From Octopus sinensis (taxonomy: Eukaryota), in the NCBI RefSeq assembly GCF_006345805.1, contig NC_043006.1, positions 33,542,001 to 33,606,000 on the forward strand: DNA of 64,000 nt. Direction: 5' to 3'. Below, piece by piece: positions 12,060-25,062 of this stretch; the stretch's first letter is position 1, and every line of letters begins with the position of its first letter. The notes beneath the pieces were generated by a model. It searched no databases. It saw only the letters and a program-made list of their open reading frames with translations, and was not told the origin of the DNA. The position numbers and the translations under genes were made by a program.

Positions 12060-15000
12060 TCATATACACACTACTACCATATGCACACATTCGCCTACGG
12101 AAGTATTTTTGTATATCTGTATTATACACACATTATACACACGTACAGACCCAGTAAAACATACATACATTCAATTATGGATTTATATATATATATATAC
12201 ATATGTATGAGTATGTTTATACACAAAACTTACATATACACACGGAAGCAAACATTATACACACAGACAATACTTGTGCACATATTATATAGACATTATA
12301 CACAGCAGACAAATACACACACACACACAAAAGATGTGGTGTATTATTAACAAAGGAGTAAATAAATAAATACATATATGATTAATTAATATATTTCTTG
12401 TTTTACTTACTTATTCGTAATTTCAGGCTACTACTCTTCCGTTTCCGACTCATCTTGAAGTATTTAAAAACGTCAACTAAACCAGGTATCGACACCGTGT
12501 TGCAATTTTAACAATTTCAACCCCAAACGGAAGAAGTCAAATTAATATATACAACTATATATATATATATATATATGGATGTATATATATATATGTGTGT
12601 GTGTGTGTATGTATGTGTTTGAATGAAAGGGATAGACGATAATGTTGCCTTACATGTGTGACTGTATAAATAATATATACACACATATATATATATATAT
12701 ATGTATATGAATATGTAAATATTGGAAAGGAGTGTGAGTGAGAGAGTAGAGAGAGAGGAGGAATCGTTCTCTTCCCCAGAGAGAAGATAAAGTCGGAGAA
12801 ATTATACGGAATTAATAAATTTCGGAAATAATATTTGTTTGAAAGTTGCTCCTTGGTGTACAAAAGAATTGGAGGTATTACAATTATTGCTGTGTTTGTT
12901 TGTTATTTTTCTCTCTCTCTTTTAGGGTGTAAGTGTGACGGGAGCGCGGCTGTTTGAGTGTTGATGACGACGAGATAGCGCCATGTCAGAAGAAGGTAGT
13001 TGAGGAGAAGGAAAGAGAGAGGAAGACAAAGAGAGAGAGAGAGAGAGAGAGGGGAAGAGAGAGGATGAGTGTATGTAACCCTTATGAGAATGAGAGAGAG
13101 GATGAGTGTATGTAACCCTTTCAGTGAGTGAGAGTGTGAGTGAGTTAGCAGACGATATGTTAGCAGAATCAAACAATAAAGACCAATATATATATGTAAC
13201 CAATATTAATAACAACTATATAATAATAATAATGATGATAATGATAATAATAATAATATAAATATTGGCAATATACACACGTGCATGTGTATATATCTAT
13301 TTATATAATTAAATAGTGTGGATAGCTAAAGTTTTTTTAGTTTTATGAATCTCTTACAAAATATTTGTATCTATTTATATTGTATGCACGGCTCACTATT
13401 TCCAGTAAATTCTATATTTATGATATATTTCTGTGTTTATATACAGATACATACACATACAGTATGTATATTAGATTGAATGTCCGTGTATAATTTAGTG
13501 GTGACTTAAATATGAGTACGTTTCGATTACACACTTATAAAGAAATAGTAGTTGCAGGGTTAACGAGAAACTACCATAGAGGAATGATTTTATAGATACA
13601 CAGAGGGTGGGGAAATTTGCTAGAAGGAAATAAATATATATTCAAAGACTACAGCCAAATTCTCCCCCCCCCCTGTTTTACACACGCTCACTGTCTATAG
13701 ATTCCCCCTGTCTGCTATTATATAAAGCATCTGTTCATTATTTCTAACTGGTTCTTTCTTAATCTATTTCCGTCTTTTCTTCATCCATTCCCCCCCTGTA
13801 TCTGTTTCTGTATCTATCAATCTATCTTCCTTCCTATTTACTGTTGTAGAAGAGAATTCCTCGTATTCACTTTACGATCAGCAACAGCAGCAGTTCACAT
13901 CGCATTACTTCCACTTTTTGTGACCAAAAAGCAAAAAAAAAATCGCTACGGTTTCAAATTCTTCGTCTAATTCGGGCAATGAACGGAGAAAATTCTAATT
14001 CTTAAAAACCGTTTATTTTTTTCAATATCAACATACATATTTATATATTCCAATTTTGCGTTTATGGTGAGCAAACATTATTCATATATTTCTTTCATTG
14101 AACATAATAAGTGTTATATATATGTTCGTTTGATCAATACGGTACTGTTTATTTTTAAAATACGCTGTTTTCCAGTATTCGACTCTTCCGTTTGTTTCTT
14201 TTGGGGCATACATTTGAATAAAAAAAAAGAAACAAACCTTTTTTTCTTGTTTTTAAATTAGCTTTCCCTCACATTTCCATGGATGTTTCTGGAAATACCC
14301 TTCCTATTAACCCATATCTACTGAATATACCAAATTATGTTACAATTCTTTCTTTCTAAAGAATTTTTTTACTTTAACTTGCAAATCTTCCCTGCTATTT
14401 CAAGGCCTTTTGCCAAAGATGTTACATCAATTCTGCTTCTCTGCCCCAACTAGTATTAGAACTATTCGCCGCTGTTTTTGACACTAAACTGCTCAGATGT
14501 ACCCCTGGTCTATGGAATATAGCATTCCTAGTGCATTTTAACAATAATTTATGGCATAATCCAAAGGCAACACGTTTTTTTTTTTTTAACCCAAAAGATT
14601 CTAATTTCTTAATATTATTTTCTAACATTAGTCTATGCGCCCTGTGTGGCAATACCCCCCCGGGTCCGACTGTTTTTAATAAATATGTTTAAAAAAAAGT
14701 TAATGATTAATTATATGATCCATACTAGTCACCATCAAATATGATAATGATTCTTAGATATAACAACTTGGTTTTCTAAGAGACAGTCGTTACGTTCATT
14801 CATTTCCCAAAGACATTTAGAGGCGAAACCTCAAATCGAAACCACTTTCAACTCAATATCTGAGTATAGGAGATTTATGGCATTATGGCTGTTGAACATA
14901 TAGAAAGGGACTCAGCACCATCGATATGTATGTATGTATGTATATCCGAGAGACACTGAACTTAGAACTAAGAAGCCAGTAAAACACTCGTCACTAACAT

Positions 15001-15069
15001 AGTGTTGCCACTGTCTACAGTGTCGAAGTACATCAGCCTGTGCTCCCAACGTATTATTGTATCAACAAC

Positions 15070-15553
15070 GGAGCCTCGAGGTAGTCACTCGATCCGTTAG
15101 AAATAGTAGCCAAATCTCCTTCAAATCACAGCAGGTTTAAAATATGACACGATGAATAATGCCGTTTTGGAGTCACTGTCTGGAGTGGAGGAGGATGGCT
15201 GACGATTGATCTGCTCAATCAAGGTTGGCCTGGGGTTAAAACGCAACAACCTAGATAATTAAGTAAAAAACTGGAAGGACCGCTGGGAGGTATCTTAGAT
15301 ACAGACACAACAAAACGAGAAGGCACCTATGGTGCTCACTCGACCGGCTAGAAATAGCAGCCAAATATCCCTCAACTCATACCCTACTATCTTAAAAAAA
15401 ATGTAATAATACTAGTTACATTATGTATGAAATATAAAAACGCCGAGGTAGTCATAGCTGGAACGCCTCTGATCATATAAGCCTGTTGGCTCGATCGTGG
15501 TGACCTGGAGTTTAAGCAACAACACAAAGTCGGTGACTGTTATCCTATCAACA

Positions 15554-15605
<52 letters not shown>

Positions 15606-15945
15606 TACATACATAAGTATATATAAAATTGTGTGTTCAGCATAAATAATGTGAAATGACATATAATAATATGATTATCTATTTGTGATATTTGACAAAT
15701 GACTGTAAATGTTAGGGGGAGGGGGAAGTAACCCCAGTTCTCCGAAAGGGAGTATCTATGAGGTTGCATGATCTGTTAGAAATAGCAGTCAAATAAATAG
15801 CCTAAGAACCACACCCTATCATTTTTTTCCGTCAAAAAGAAGGGCATATTGAATAATGTAGCCCGAAAAGACGAGATAGTCAATAACAGAATGTGTTTGA
15901 TCATAAATCTGTTGATTTGGGCTGAATTGGCGGTAAGCGACATAT
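15070..15945 (+). mobile_element. Cluster of three decayed family E repeats
   Basis: Recurring gttagaaatagcagccaaat..ctcaaatcac...tgatcat...ggggttaaa motif at about 15070, 15325 and 15755; also seen at about 19800, 37900 and 50580. Confidence 0.65.
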
Positions 15946-16009
15946 TTTTGTCAAATGCAAATTAAAAAACTTATAGAAATAAACAATAAAATGCAACATT
16001 TTCTAGTGA

Positions 16010-16450
16010 ATAATTTATGTCTCGCGTATGCCCCGCAGATACGGGGATAGTTATAGCGGTGTATGAAGAACAGCCAGCGAATTTGTTGTATCAGCCACTT
16101 TACTTCGCGGGATACTATCCCCAGGCCTGACATTTTAATCCCAATTTGAAGGAAGAGAGCGACAATCTGAGGGACCCAGGATAGTGAGTCTCACTCAATT
16201 GCGACCGGCGCGAAAACGAATCTGTCCGTCAACAGCTCCCACTTAATGATTTTCTGCGTAGAAGGTGACAACTCCCAAGGTGTATGCTAAAACTAATAAG
16301 GTTGGAGATTGTGTCAAAATGCATGGCAACCCAGATGGGTAATATGCCCTCTTCGTGCAGAGAAAAGGATTATCTCGTCAGGATGCCTGTCACTGCTATA
16401 GTCGAGGCCACCAGTTCTTAGTTGTGAGCGAAAAGAGCAGAGTTGGGGAC
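16010..16450 (-). pseudogene. Possible decayed CR1/L2/Jockey-type RT C-terminal fragment
   Basis: Minus-strand GVP-like, LTILG and HRYNYPRICGA (resembling RP.MEY...WGG) segments in plausible order; heavily degenerate. Confidence 0.35.
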
Positions 16451-16558
16451 TCCTTTTAATAATATAGTTAAGTATGAAAGGGCGAGGGCAATATTTCGGA
16501 CGATGTCAAAAAAGCAGCGAGCCCAATCCGAACACAGTTATTAATTTTTTTTTTTACC

Positions 16559-16760
16559 GAGGCGGCAAGCTGACAGAACCGTTAGCTCGTCGGACAGAAT
16601 GCTCAGCGGTATTTCTTCCGGCTCTTTACGTTCTGAGTTCCAATTCCGCTGAAATCGACTTTGCCATTCATTATTTTGGAATCGATTAAATAAGTACCAT
16701 CCGAGCATTGGAATCGATGCAATCGATTTTTTTCCTCCCCTAAAATTGCTGCTCTGGTGC
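16559..16760 (+). mobile_element. SINE family B
   Basis: Head ggcggcaagctgacagaaccgttagc, B-box-like gagttccaattcc, then the family core. Confidence 0.85.
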
Positions 16761-17384
16761 CAGAATTTCAAAAGCCCGGAGAGACGTTTGAATTCAGAAC
16801 ATAAATAAGTTTAACTAAATAACTACCAATCCATCATCCTTGATAATATTTACTTCTAACATGAGCACAGTGCTGCATGTTTTCGAATGAAGGATATATA
16901 TACTCCAGTATATGGGAACCTGGAAGGATGTCAAGCCAAATGTACCTCGCCAGGATTCGAGCCCTAGGAATCCTGGGTCGGTTACTCAGGTTCCATGGCA
17001 TACAAGCGACAGAGATCACAACATTCTTCTTCCCCTGAAAGGGGCACCGGTCCACCGAAAGGTTACTCTTTTGTGGATGAGTGGCTAGAGTAACATGAAA
17101 TGAAGTGTTTCCTTATGAACACGATGGCAAATATGAGTACCTCTATGTGATCAGTCGACTTGCTAGAAATAGCTACCGTTTTTCTCAAATCGCATACCTT
17201 ACCATTTTTATAAACTTACATATTCGACAATGCAGTCTCAGATAAATTACATCAGGTCGGGCAGTTTCTCTCAAACATTTTTGCTCGGGAGCTTCTTTGA
17301 TTCACATTCTACACAACTGGGCTTCCATAGCTATTCAAACTATACGAAAAAGTCCTACTGTCTTTTCATAATTATTAGGAATTG

Positions 17385-17635
17385 TATTTTTATCTGTTTC
17401 AATCAATCATTTGACTTGGGGAACCGCCTTGACAACACCAGTTGTCAAGCGGTGGTGGTGGAGGGAGCAAAACACTCACAAAGATACGCACACATAACAT
17501 ACACACACGACGGGCTTCTTTCAGTCTCAGTCTACCAAATCCACTCACAAGGCTTTGGTCGGTAGAGTGGGACTGAACCCGGAACCTTGTGGTTGGGAAG
17601 AAAGCTTCCTACCACACAGCCACGTCTGCACCTAT
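17385..17635 (-). mobile_element. SINE family A, internally deleted
   Basis: cgacgggcttctttcagt..ctaccaaatccactcacaaggc...gggactgaacccggaacc...ccacacagccac. Confidence 0.85.
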
Positions 17636-17962
17636 AAAAGGATTGTCAGAATAGTTCGTGTTTTGTAGAATTATAACCAATTTATTGCAGATAAATTTTA
17701 ACAGCAAAATCTTATACGGACACTCAAGGGCCATATGAACCCTGGTTGAGAACCACTGGTGTAGAGTGCTGCACTCACGATCGCAAGCCCTATATGTTCG
17801 AGGACTCCAGAGAGTAATGTCCAGGGTTTGCTATTGTTGTTGCTGCTGCTGCTGATTGTGATGAATGAAAGACGGAATGGTCATGACTGGAATACCTTTA
17901 ATTGCAAGTCTGTGGGATCAGGGCTCATTGGGGGCTAAACAGCTAGACAACCAGAAAGCTAG

Positions 17963-18178
17963 GACAAGTGTCTCGGGCCGACCAAAGCCTTATGAAGTGG
18001 ATTTGGTAGACGGAAACTGAAAGAAACCCGTCGTGTGTATGTGTGTGTGTGTGTGTATGTATGTAAGTATGTGCATATCTTTGTGTTTGTCCCACCCCAC
18101 CGCTTGACAATTGGTGTTGGTGTGTTTATGTACCCGCAACTTAGCGATTCGGCCAAAGTGACCGATAGAATAAGTTCG
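17963..18178 (+). mobile_element. SINE family A, central part
   Basis: ggacaagtgtctcgggccgaccaaagcc...gatagaataagt. Confidence 0.85.
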
Positions 18179-18264
18179 AGAGAGAAAGAGAGAAACTGTA
18201 TGTAGTCGCTCGGCCTTCTAGAATATCAGTTAAATCTTCCTCGAATTATACCCTACAGTTTTCG

Positions 18265-18981
18265 AAAAGAAGGAACAGCAATACTGGATAATGTAGCTTA
18301 TGCATAAAGAAAAACATGATAGTCATAACCGGAAGTTAAAGCATCATCGGCATCAATGAAATAATCCTGGATCTTTTCGGTTTGAACGGCAGTTTTTTCT
18401 AGCGGTGTCATATGAAATTGTCACCCATAATTATGACCCTAGTATCGATCTATTGCATTTCAATCTGTTTTAGGGTTAGGGGTAGGGGGAAGAGTATCTT
18501 TTTTTCTTCAGAATGTAAATAAACCCAATCTGTTTCTTAAACGAGGGACATATTCATACGGCACAGAATGTTTTCACCTCAATAGACGTCATTGATTGGT
18601 TGAAATGCAGAAATTGAAGAAACACACAAAAGAAGGAACAGCAATACTGGATAATGTGCTTATGCATAAAGAAAAACATGATAGTCATAACCGGAAGTTA
18701 AAGCATCATCGGCATCAATGAAATAATCCTGGATCTTTTCGGTTTGAACGGCAGTTTTTTCTAGCGGTGTCATATGAAATTGTCACCCATATTATGACCC
18801 TAGTATCGATCTATTGCATTTCAATCTGTTTTAGGGTTAGGGGTAGGGGAAGAGTATCTTTTTTTTTTTCAAATATAAATAAACCCAATCTGTTTCTTAA
18901 CGAGGGACATATTCATACGGCACAGAATGTTTTCACCTCAATAGACGTCATTGATTGGTTGAAATGCAGAAATTGAAGAAA
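18265..18981. repeat. About 363-bp tandem duplication (flank plus left part of a MITE)
   Basis: 18265-18627 repeated at 18628-18981, with several 1-bp indels and a few substitutions. Confidence 0.9.
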
Positions 18982-19138
18982 AAAACAACAACAAATATCT
19001 TACAAACTGTAGAATTTTCTCAATAAAGCCAAGAGAAAAAGATGTTTTATAAACACATTCTACCAGTATACGAAGTTTAAAAGTGTTTAGTTACGTGATA
19101 ATTATTTTTAAAAACTGCCGTTCAGACCGAAAAGATCC
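18731..19138. mobile_element. MITE with 29-bp TIRs and an 8-bp TSD (Merlin- or MULE-like)
   Basis: Left TIR GGATCTTTTCGGTTTGAACGGCAGTTTTT (18731, duplicated at 18369); right TIR AAAAACTGCCGTTCAGACCGAAAAGATCC (19110-19138); ATAATCCT on both sides. Confidence 0.8.
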
Positions 19139-19146
19139 ATAATCCT

Positions 19147-19529
19147 TTCTGCTAAAGGCACAAGGCCTGGATTTTCAGGGAGGTAATAAGCCAATTAGAT
19201 TGACCCCAGTATGCAACTGGTACTTAATTAATCGACTCCGAAAGGATGAAAGGCAAAGTCGATCACGGCGGAATTTGAACTCAGAACGTAGCAACGGGCA
19301 AAATACCTATTTCTTTACTACCCACAAGGGGCTAAACACAGAGAAGACAAACAAACGGATTAAGTCGATTATATCGACCCCAGTGCGTAACTGGTACTTA
19401 TTTAATCGACCCCGAAAGGATGAAAGGCAAAGTCGACCTCGGCGGAATTTGAACTCAGAACGTAACAGCAGACGAAATACGGCTACGCATTTCGCCCGGT
19501 GTGTTAACGTTTCTGCCAGCTCACCGCCT
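19147..19529 (-). mobile_element. Composite family B SINE: head-core-tail1 joined to core-tail2
   Basis: Young CpG-rich copy at 19529-19311 abuts a headless second core with a different tail at 19310-19147. Confidence 0.85.
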
Positions 19530-19575
19530 TGGCAACACTGAAATAATACGCGATCCAACGTGTGAGTTCCTACAG

Positions 19576-19804
19576 CAATGGTTTTCAACCGGGGTCCACA
19601 TGACTCTTGGAGGTCTATGTAAGATTTTGTTGAAGTTAATCTGCAATAAACAGCTTAAACTTCTTCAATACATAAAATATTCTAACATTTTTTTTTCTCT
19701 ACATATAGTTCTCAATGATAGTTGATTATTTTTGAAACGTCGAATGGCTACGGAAGTCCAGAGTAAAACAGAAATGAAAGGGGTCAATGATTGAGAGCCA
19801 CTTG
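19576..19804. mobile_element. hAT-like MITE
   Basis: caatggttttcaacc left end and gattgagagccacttg right end; a related end fragment at 17695-17758. Confidence 0.55.
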
Positions 19805-20382
19805 CTCCACATAGACACTTGACCTGTTAAGAAATAGCAGTCGAGTCTCTCACAAATCATAAAACGGCATTTAAGGAAAGGACACACTGTACTGCGTATG
19901 ACCCTGGGTTCCTTTCTTATAAGAAAAAGACCAGAGGGTCACGGCTAGATTGCCTTTGATCAACGGTCTGCTTAAATGAGACTGACTTGGAGTTATATAT
20001 CATCAACAATTAGAAACCTTTGAAATTACACACCGTCGTCATACAAAGAAAAGGAAAGAAAAAAAAAAACAAAAAAAAAAAAAAAACGGATACATTTCGA
20101 TAATGTGATTTTGGCCCCCTGCGCGTAGGCAAAAGACAAAAAGCTCACGGCTGGATTGCTTTTGATCAAAAGCCTCTCGAAAAGAGCGTGATAATAAAAG
20201 AGAAGATATGTCACAACACAGTTTCAGATGTGCAAACTCTTGTGTAAGTGTGAGCGTGTGCCTGCTTGCCTGCGCGTGCACACACACACGTTTAGTATTG
20301 ACTGTCGTAACTTGACTACAGACCCTGTACACCCAAAGGTGAAACTCAGAGCAGCAAGATTCAATCTAAATAATATACACAT

Positions 20383-20750
20383 CTTTTATTTGTTTCAGTC
20401 ATTAGACTGCAGCCATGTTGGAGCATTTTCCTTGAAGAGTTTTTAGACGAATGTATCGACCCAGTTTTATTTATTTATTTTTAAAATCTGGTACTTATTC
20501 TATCGGCCTCTTTGCCGATCCGCTAAGTTACGGGGACGTAAACGCACGAGCACCGGTTGTCAAGCGGTGGGGACAAACATACATACACACACATATATAT
20601 ACTACGACGGGCTTCTTTCAGTTCTCGCCTACCAAATCCACTCAAAAGGCTTTGGTTGGCCCAAGGCTATAGTTGAAGACACTTGCCTAAAGTGCCACGC
20701 AGTGAGACTGAACCCGGAACCATGTGGTTGGGAAGCAAGTTTCTTACCAC
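20383..20750 (-). mobile_element. SINE family A, near full length
   Basis: Both halves present with a short internal (TA)/(CA) tract; CpGs retained. Confidence 0.85.
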
Positions 20751-21639
20751 ACATGTATATGAAGGTGGGTTTATCCTTATTCTTCACACACCACACACAC
20801 ACACACATGTATGCATGAAGAGTAGGATAAACCCAAGCTTGTGTTTATATTAAAGTTCCTAGGAGCGTTTCACCATTATGGTTGTTTGGAGCCCTTCGAC
20901 AACTGTTCCAAATAAATATATTTCTATGAAGGCTAAGCAGGTCAAAACTTCGAAGTTACTATCAACACTATTCTTGTTAGCTAGCAAATATTATGCACTC
21001 TATAAATGTATTGAGTAATCCTTCGGTTTAATGTAAAATTGTTTTCGTAACTCGACATAAACACACACAGAGTATCAAACGCGCGCATTCACAGAACAAG
21101 AGTCCGACTGACTGTAGTTACCTCCCTTAATTTTTGTAATTATTCATTTATTGGAATTAAATTTGCTGGCCCTAAGTCCAATATTGGAAAGATTTATTCC
21201 ATTGTATAGAGTTGTTGTTTAAGTTCAACCATCTGTGATCTAGCAAACCTTTGACCAAAATAATTGCACTCACAAAGAAAGAAATAATCCATTTGTTTAT
21301 TTAAGACTAGATTATCTAATTATCCCTCCCACCACTTTTTAGGTAGGGTAGGTCGAGGTGTAGTTTTTAGAGAGATTTGTCTGCTATTTCTAGCAGGTCA
21401 AGCGATGGTATTGCAGTTTCAACACTGGCTTCAGAGTTATTTTTATCGTTGTTGTCTGACTTCAGGTCAGAACTATTGAGCAACCTTCTGATCAGAAATG
21501 TTCCAGCCTTGACCATCTCGCCTGTTTCGTATTTTCAGAACTACATTATCCAGATGAGATGCGATATGAGGGAAAACTGGTAAACAGTCTATTCATAGAC
21601 TTCTTTGCCCACGTTGTCTTGAGGATGGTGAGTTGGCAG

Positions 21640-23150
21640 AAGTAGAAGAACATCAGATTGAACATTTTTCATCATCTACAAGCTGATGTGTTTCAACTGA
21701 TCATAATGTTCCGTAGCCATCTTTTCTAAGCTGGTGGTTGTTGTTGATTGAACTGTTTAGGATGGCACAGGTCTTCGCTTCGTCAATCAGACCCCCGATG
21801 ACAAGCGCCAACTTCTTTGCTAACAATTTGGTCAAAATCTTAACTTTGTATTTAGCAGAATTAACCGAAAATTATCTGTGTAACCCTCACTCCTTGTTTG
21901 GATCCATTCTCGGCAGAGCCACCATTCTTCGGGTCACAGAAGTAGAAAGCCACCTGTTCAATTGCCCGTTGCAGTAGTCATCTGCGAAGAGGTCACCGAG
22001 CATGTCTGACATATATACATAAAGCTCGTAGAAAAGACCATCTAAGCTAAGTGATTTTTCCTTTGTGCAGCTATACATGGCTTTCCGTACGTCAGTGACG
22101 GCGATCGGCTTCTTGCAACACTCTGACTCCGTTGCCGAAAATCGTGTCAACCCATTCTGAAGTCCATCCCACGATCCTATCTGTCACTCGTCCCAAACTG
22201 TCGAACGAAGTGCAACTGAAAAATCGCACAAATTTACTTGGGATTGAGTAGCACGTACTTATCATAGTCAGCCAAAGTCCGAAACGTGACTTTGTAACGA
22301 CGTAATGCCTCTTCCACTCAGGCTCATTGAACGGCTTTCGTTCCTTCAAGTCTTAAGAGTACGTACATTAGCACTTACAACGCAGCCTTTGTCCTTTACG
22401 CTGTAGAATTGGTCAAGAGCCAATCTTGCTTGAAGCACGTTAGTTGCAACACCTTTCCTAAGAGCCTCATCTAGGTTTCTAAGTTACCATCTCATCAAGT
22501 TTTCTTTGTCATTATCCACTTGCTAAATCTTGTTGATCCAATTCTAATTGATCTTTTTCATGGTGAGCGACCGTTTATATTGTTGACGACTTTTATCAAC
22601 GTCCGATTAACTCATTTACTTATCCGATCCCTCTGTAAGCACCAGAACAGAAGCGCTGTTTCCAGTGACTATGGTCTTGCCTTTGTAGTCTATTTAGGTC
22701 GTCCTTACAGGTCCAAAATTTGTGGTTTTTGTAGCAGACCCCTTGAAATTGTGGACAATCTATGCTATCCCTATCTACTGGCCCACAGAAAAATTATCTA
22801 GATACTATCCGAATGACCAGATGTATATTCAGGAAACACAGACGCCACATGTTGGACAGTTGAAAACCTCTGATCAGGTTTGAGAAGCTTTTGCACGCCC
22901 TTCTCTTATCAGTTAACCTGATACACACCATACGTGCATCCAAGATGTTCCAATTACCCACGAGCTCTAAAGAGCAGAACGGTCTAAGGAATGCCTTCAG
23001 ACGCCCGAAGAAATTATTCTTTATAGCAGAGAAGGAGCTTGACATAATCTCTTGTACTTATTGTGTTGTATTCCAATGTCAGCAGTTCTCCAAATGACAA
23101 ACACCAATCACTCCATCAAGAAATACGGGTAAGATTTCACCACCACCAAA
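21640..23150 (-). mobile_element. Decayed L1/Tx1-type LINE ORF2 (endonuclease to RT N-terminus)
   Basis: FFGRLKAFL..LVGNWNILDA (APE GD[FW]N-like), then CKKPIAVTDVRKAM..KSLSLDGLFYELY (KSPGLDG motif) and DNFRLILLNTKLKILTKLLAKKL..DEAKTCAI (NFRPITLLN motif). Confidence 0.85.
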
Positions 23151-24862
23151 AAGGCGGCACCAAAACGCCTCATATATAATTAAAGTAGTGGAAAGTGAGA
23201 ACTGATAAAATGCCATACATAATTTAGTTTCGACCTATTCTGTTTCGAGTACAAATCATACCGATCCATTTCACTTTTCGTTGGTCTATGGTCGATAAAA
23301 TTAACTCCTCGGCATACTCTTTAGGTCAATTCAATCGACTTCCCTTAATTTAAACCGACCTGCATAATGGCATTTGAACAATTCTGTATATCCACTTTTA
23401 TAATGGAGTGGATCGAAATGTTAGTTTATAAATACTGCCTTAATTACTGGTACAGATTATAATAGAATTTATAATGGAACGGAGAGAGATTTCCAAGCAA
23501 CACAGATTAGTTAGAGGAAGTGAATGAATGAATAAATAAACTGCACTGTTTCTTATCCGGACAAGAGACAGACGTTCAACAATTGATTTAATCGTATCTG
23601 CTGGATGTCAATGCTGTTGATGGTTGCTTTTGTAAAAAGTTGTATTTATTATAGAAATTATTGATTTCTTTGCATTCGCCGAAAAAGGACGCATTTCTTG
23701 ACTGCAGGCATCATAGCTTCATCGAAATGAAAGCAGGAAATTACTGGTATATCCAGAAGAAAATGTAGTGGAATAATGACAAATCGATTCAATATTACCT
23801 ATTTTCGGTTGTTTTCTCCTTTCCCCTATTTTTTCCCTTCAAATTATCTCTGATGAAGCAGACCCATGATGAAAAATAATCCATTTGGGATCATTCCGTT
23901 TATTTATCTTTTATTTTTGTCTGCATGAGACTACTTGTCCAGTGTATTCTTCCTTATTTAAAACGACAGGGTGTTGTTTAAGCGACATTTAACTGATATT
24001 TCTAGCAGGTCGACCATGTAAGGATCTCTTGTCCAGTATATTTACTACTTGAAAGCCTAATAGAGGCACCACCCTTCTGATTTGAAACGAGGATATAAAG
24101 AGACGTAATTAAATACCAAGTCACATCTATTCACTCCGGTCCTGTAACGTTTCTACCACTCTGCTTCCCAGTCTTTATTATATATTTCACTGAGGAGGAC
24201 TAATAACGCCGAAACGTCCGTTAATTTCTGCAGGTGCCTTTAAATACAAGATCCACTCCAAAGAGCATTGTGTAAAAACGTCGATCACGCAAGTTTATTT
24301 GAGTTAGTTACTTTGCTTGCTGATTTTAAATTATAAATACCCAAAACAAGCATTAGATAATTTCAGGTGATCAACGTTTTTTCACGCCTGTCACATTACA
24401 AATCCCATATAACATGCAAAGACCTTGTTGTCATTGCATTTACTATGCGGGACGCTACCCCGAAGAATTTCCCCCTGAGCTATATTGATAATAATCGCAA
24501 TCAGCGTTCCTTCATACCTACTATTTCTAAATATATTGATTACTCTTAGTTTCGCCAGCTGAGTAAAACGTACTTCCCCAATGTCTAATAAGCCTGAAAC
24601 AAGCTCGACTGATTTACCTGTTGGCTTTAATGAGCAGATCTACTCCAGTATCCATTTTCTATATTTTCCAAAATCTTTCGAATCTCTACAGATTTTCTAA
24701 AGAGCTCAGTGATGGCTTTGAATTCTATGGAAAATCTATAGAGATTAACTTAAAAATGAGAACATCGCACTGCTAACACAAGAAGGCACAATATTAATTT
24801 GTACACCTTTAATATTCTTGGAGTATATCATGGTTGCAAAACGGAAAACTACGGCCTTGCTA

Positions 24863-25062
24863 GCAAGTGTGTGTGTATTTGTGCCCCTAACATTGCTTGA
24901 CAGCCTATGTTGGTGTGTTTATGTCTCTATAACTTATTGGTTTGGCAAAAGAGACTGATAGAATAAGTACTAGGCTTACAAAGAAGAATTCCTGGGGTCA
25001 ATTTGTTCGACTAAAGGCAGTGCTCCAGTATGGCCGCAGTCAAATGACTGAAACAAACAAAA
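24863..25062 (+). mobile_element. SINE family A, 3' half, CpG-decayed
   Basis: cttgacagcc...gaataagtactagg...aaatgactgaaac. Confidence 0.8.

Noticed and set aside
12427-12995. Candidate plus exons 12427-12485 and 12926-12995 (MSEE)
   Set aside because: Weak donors (gtatcg, gtagtt); no coherent reading frame
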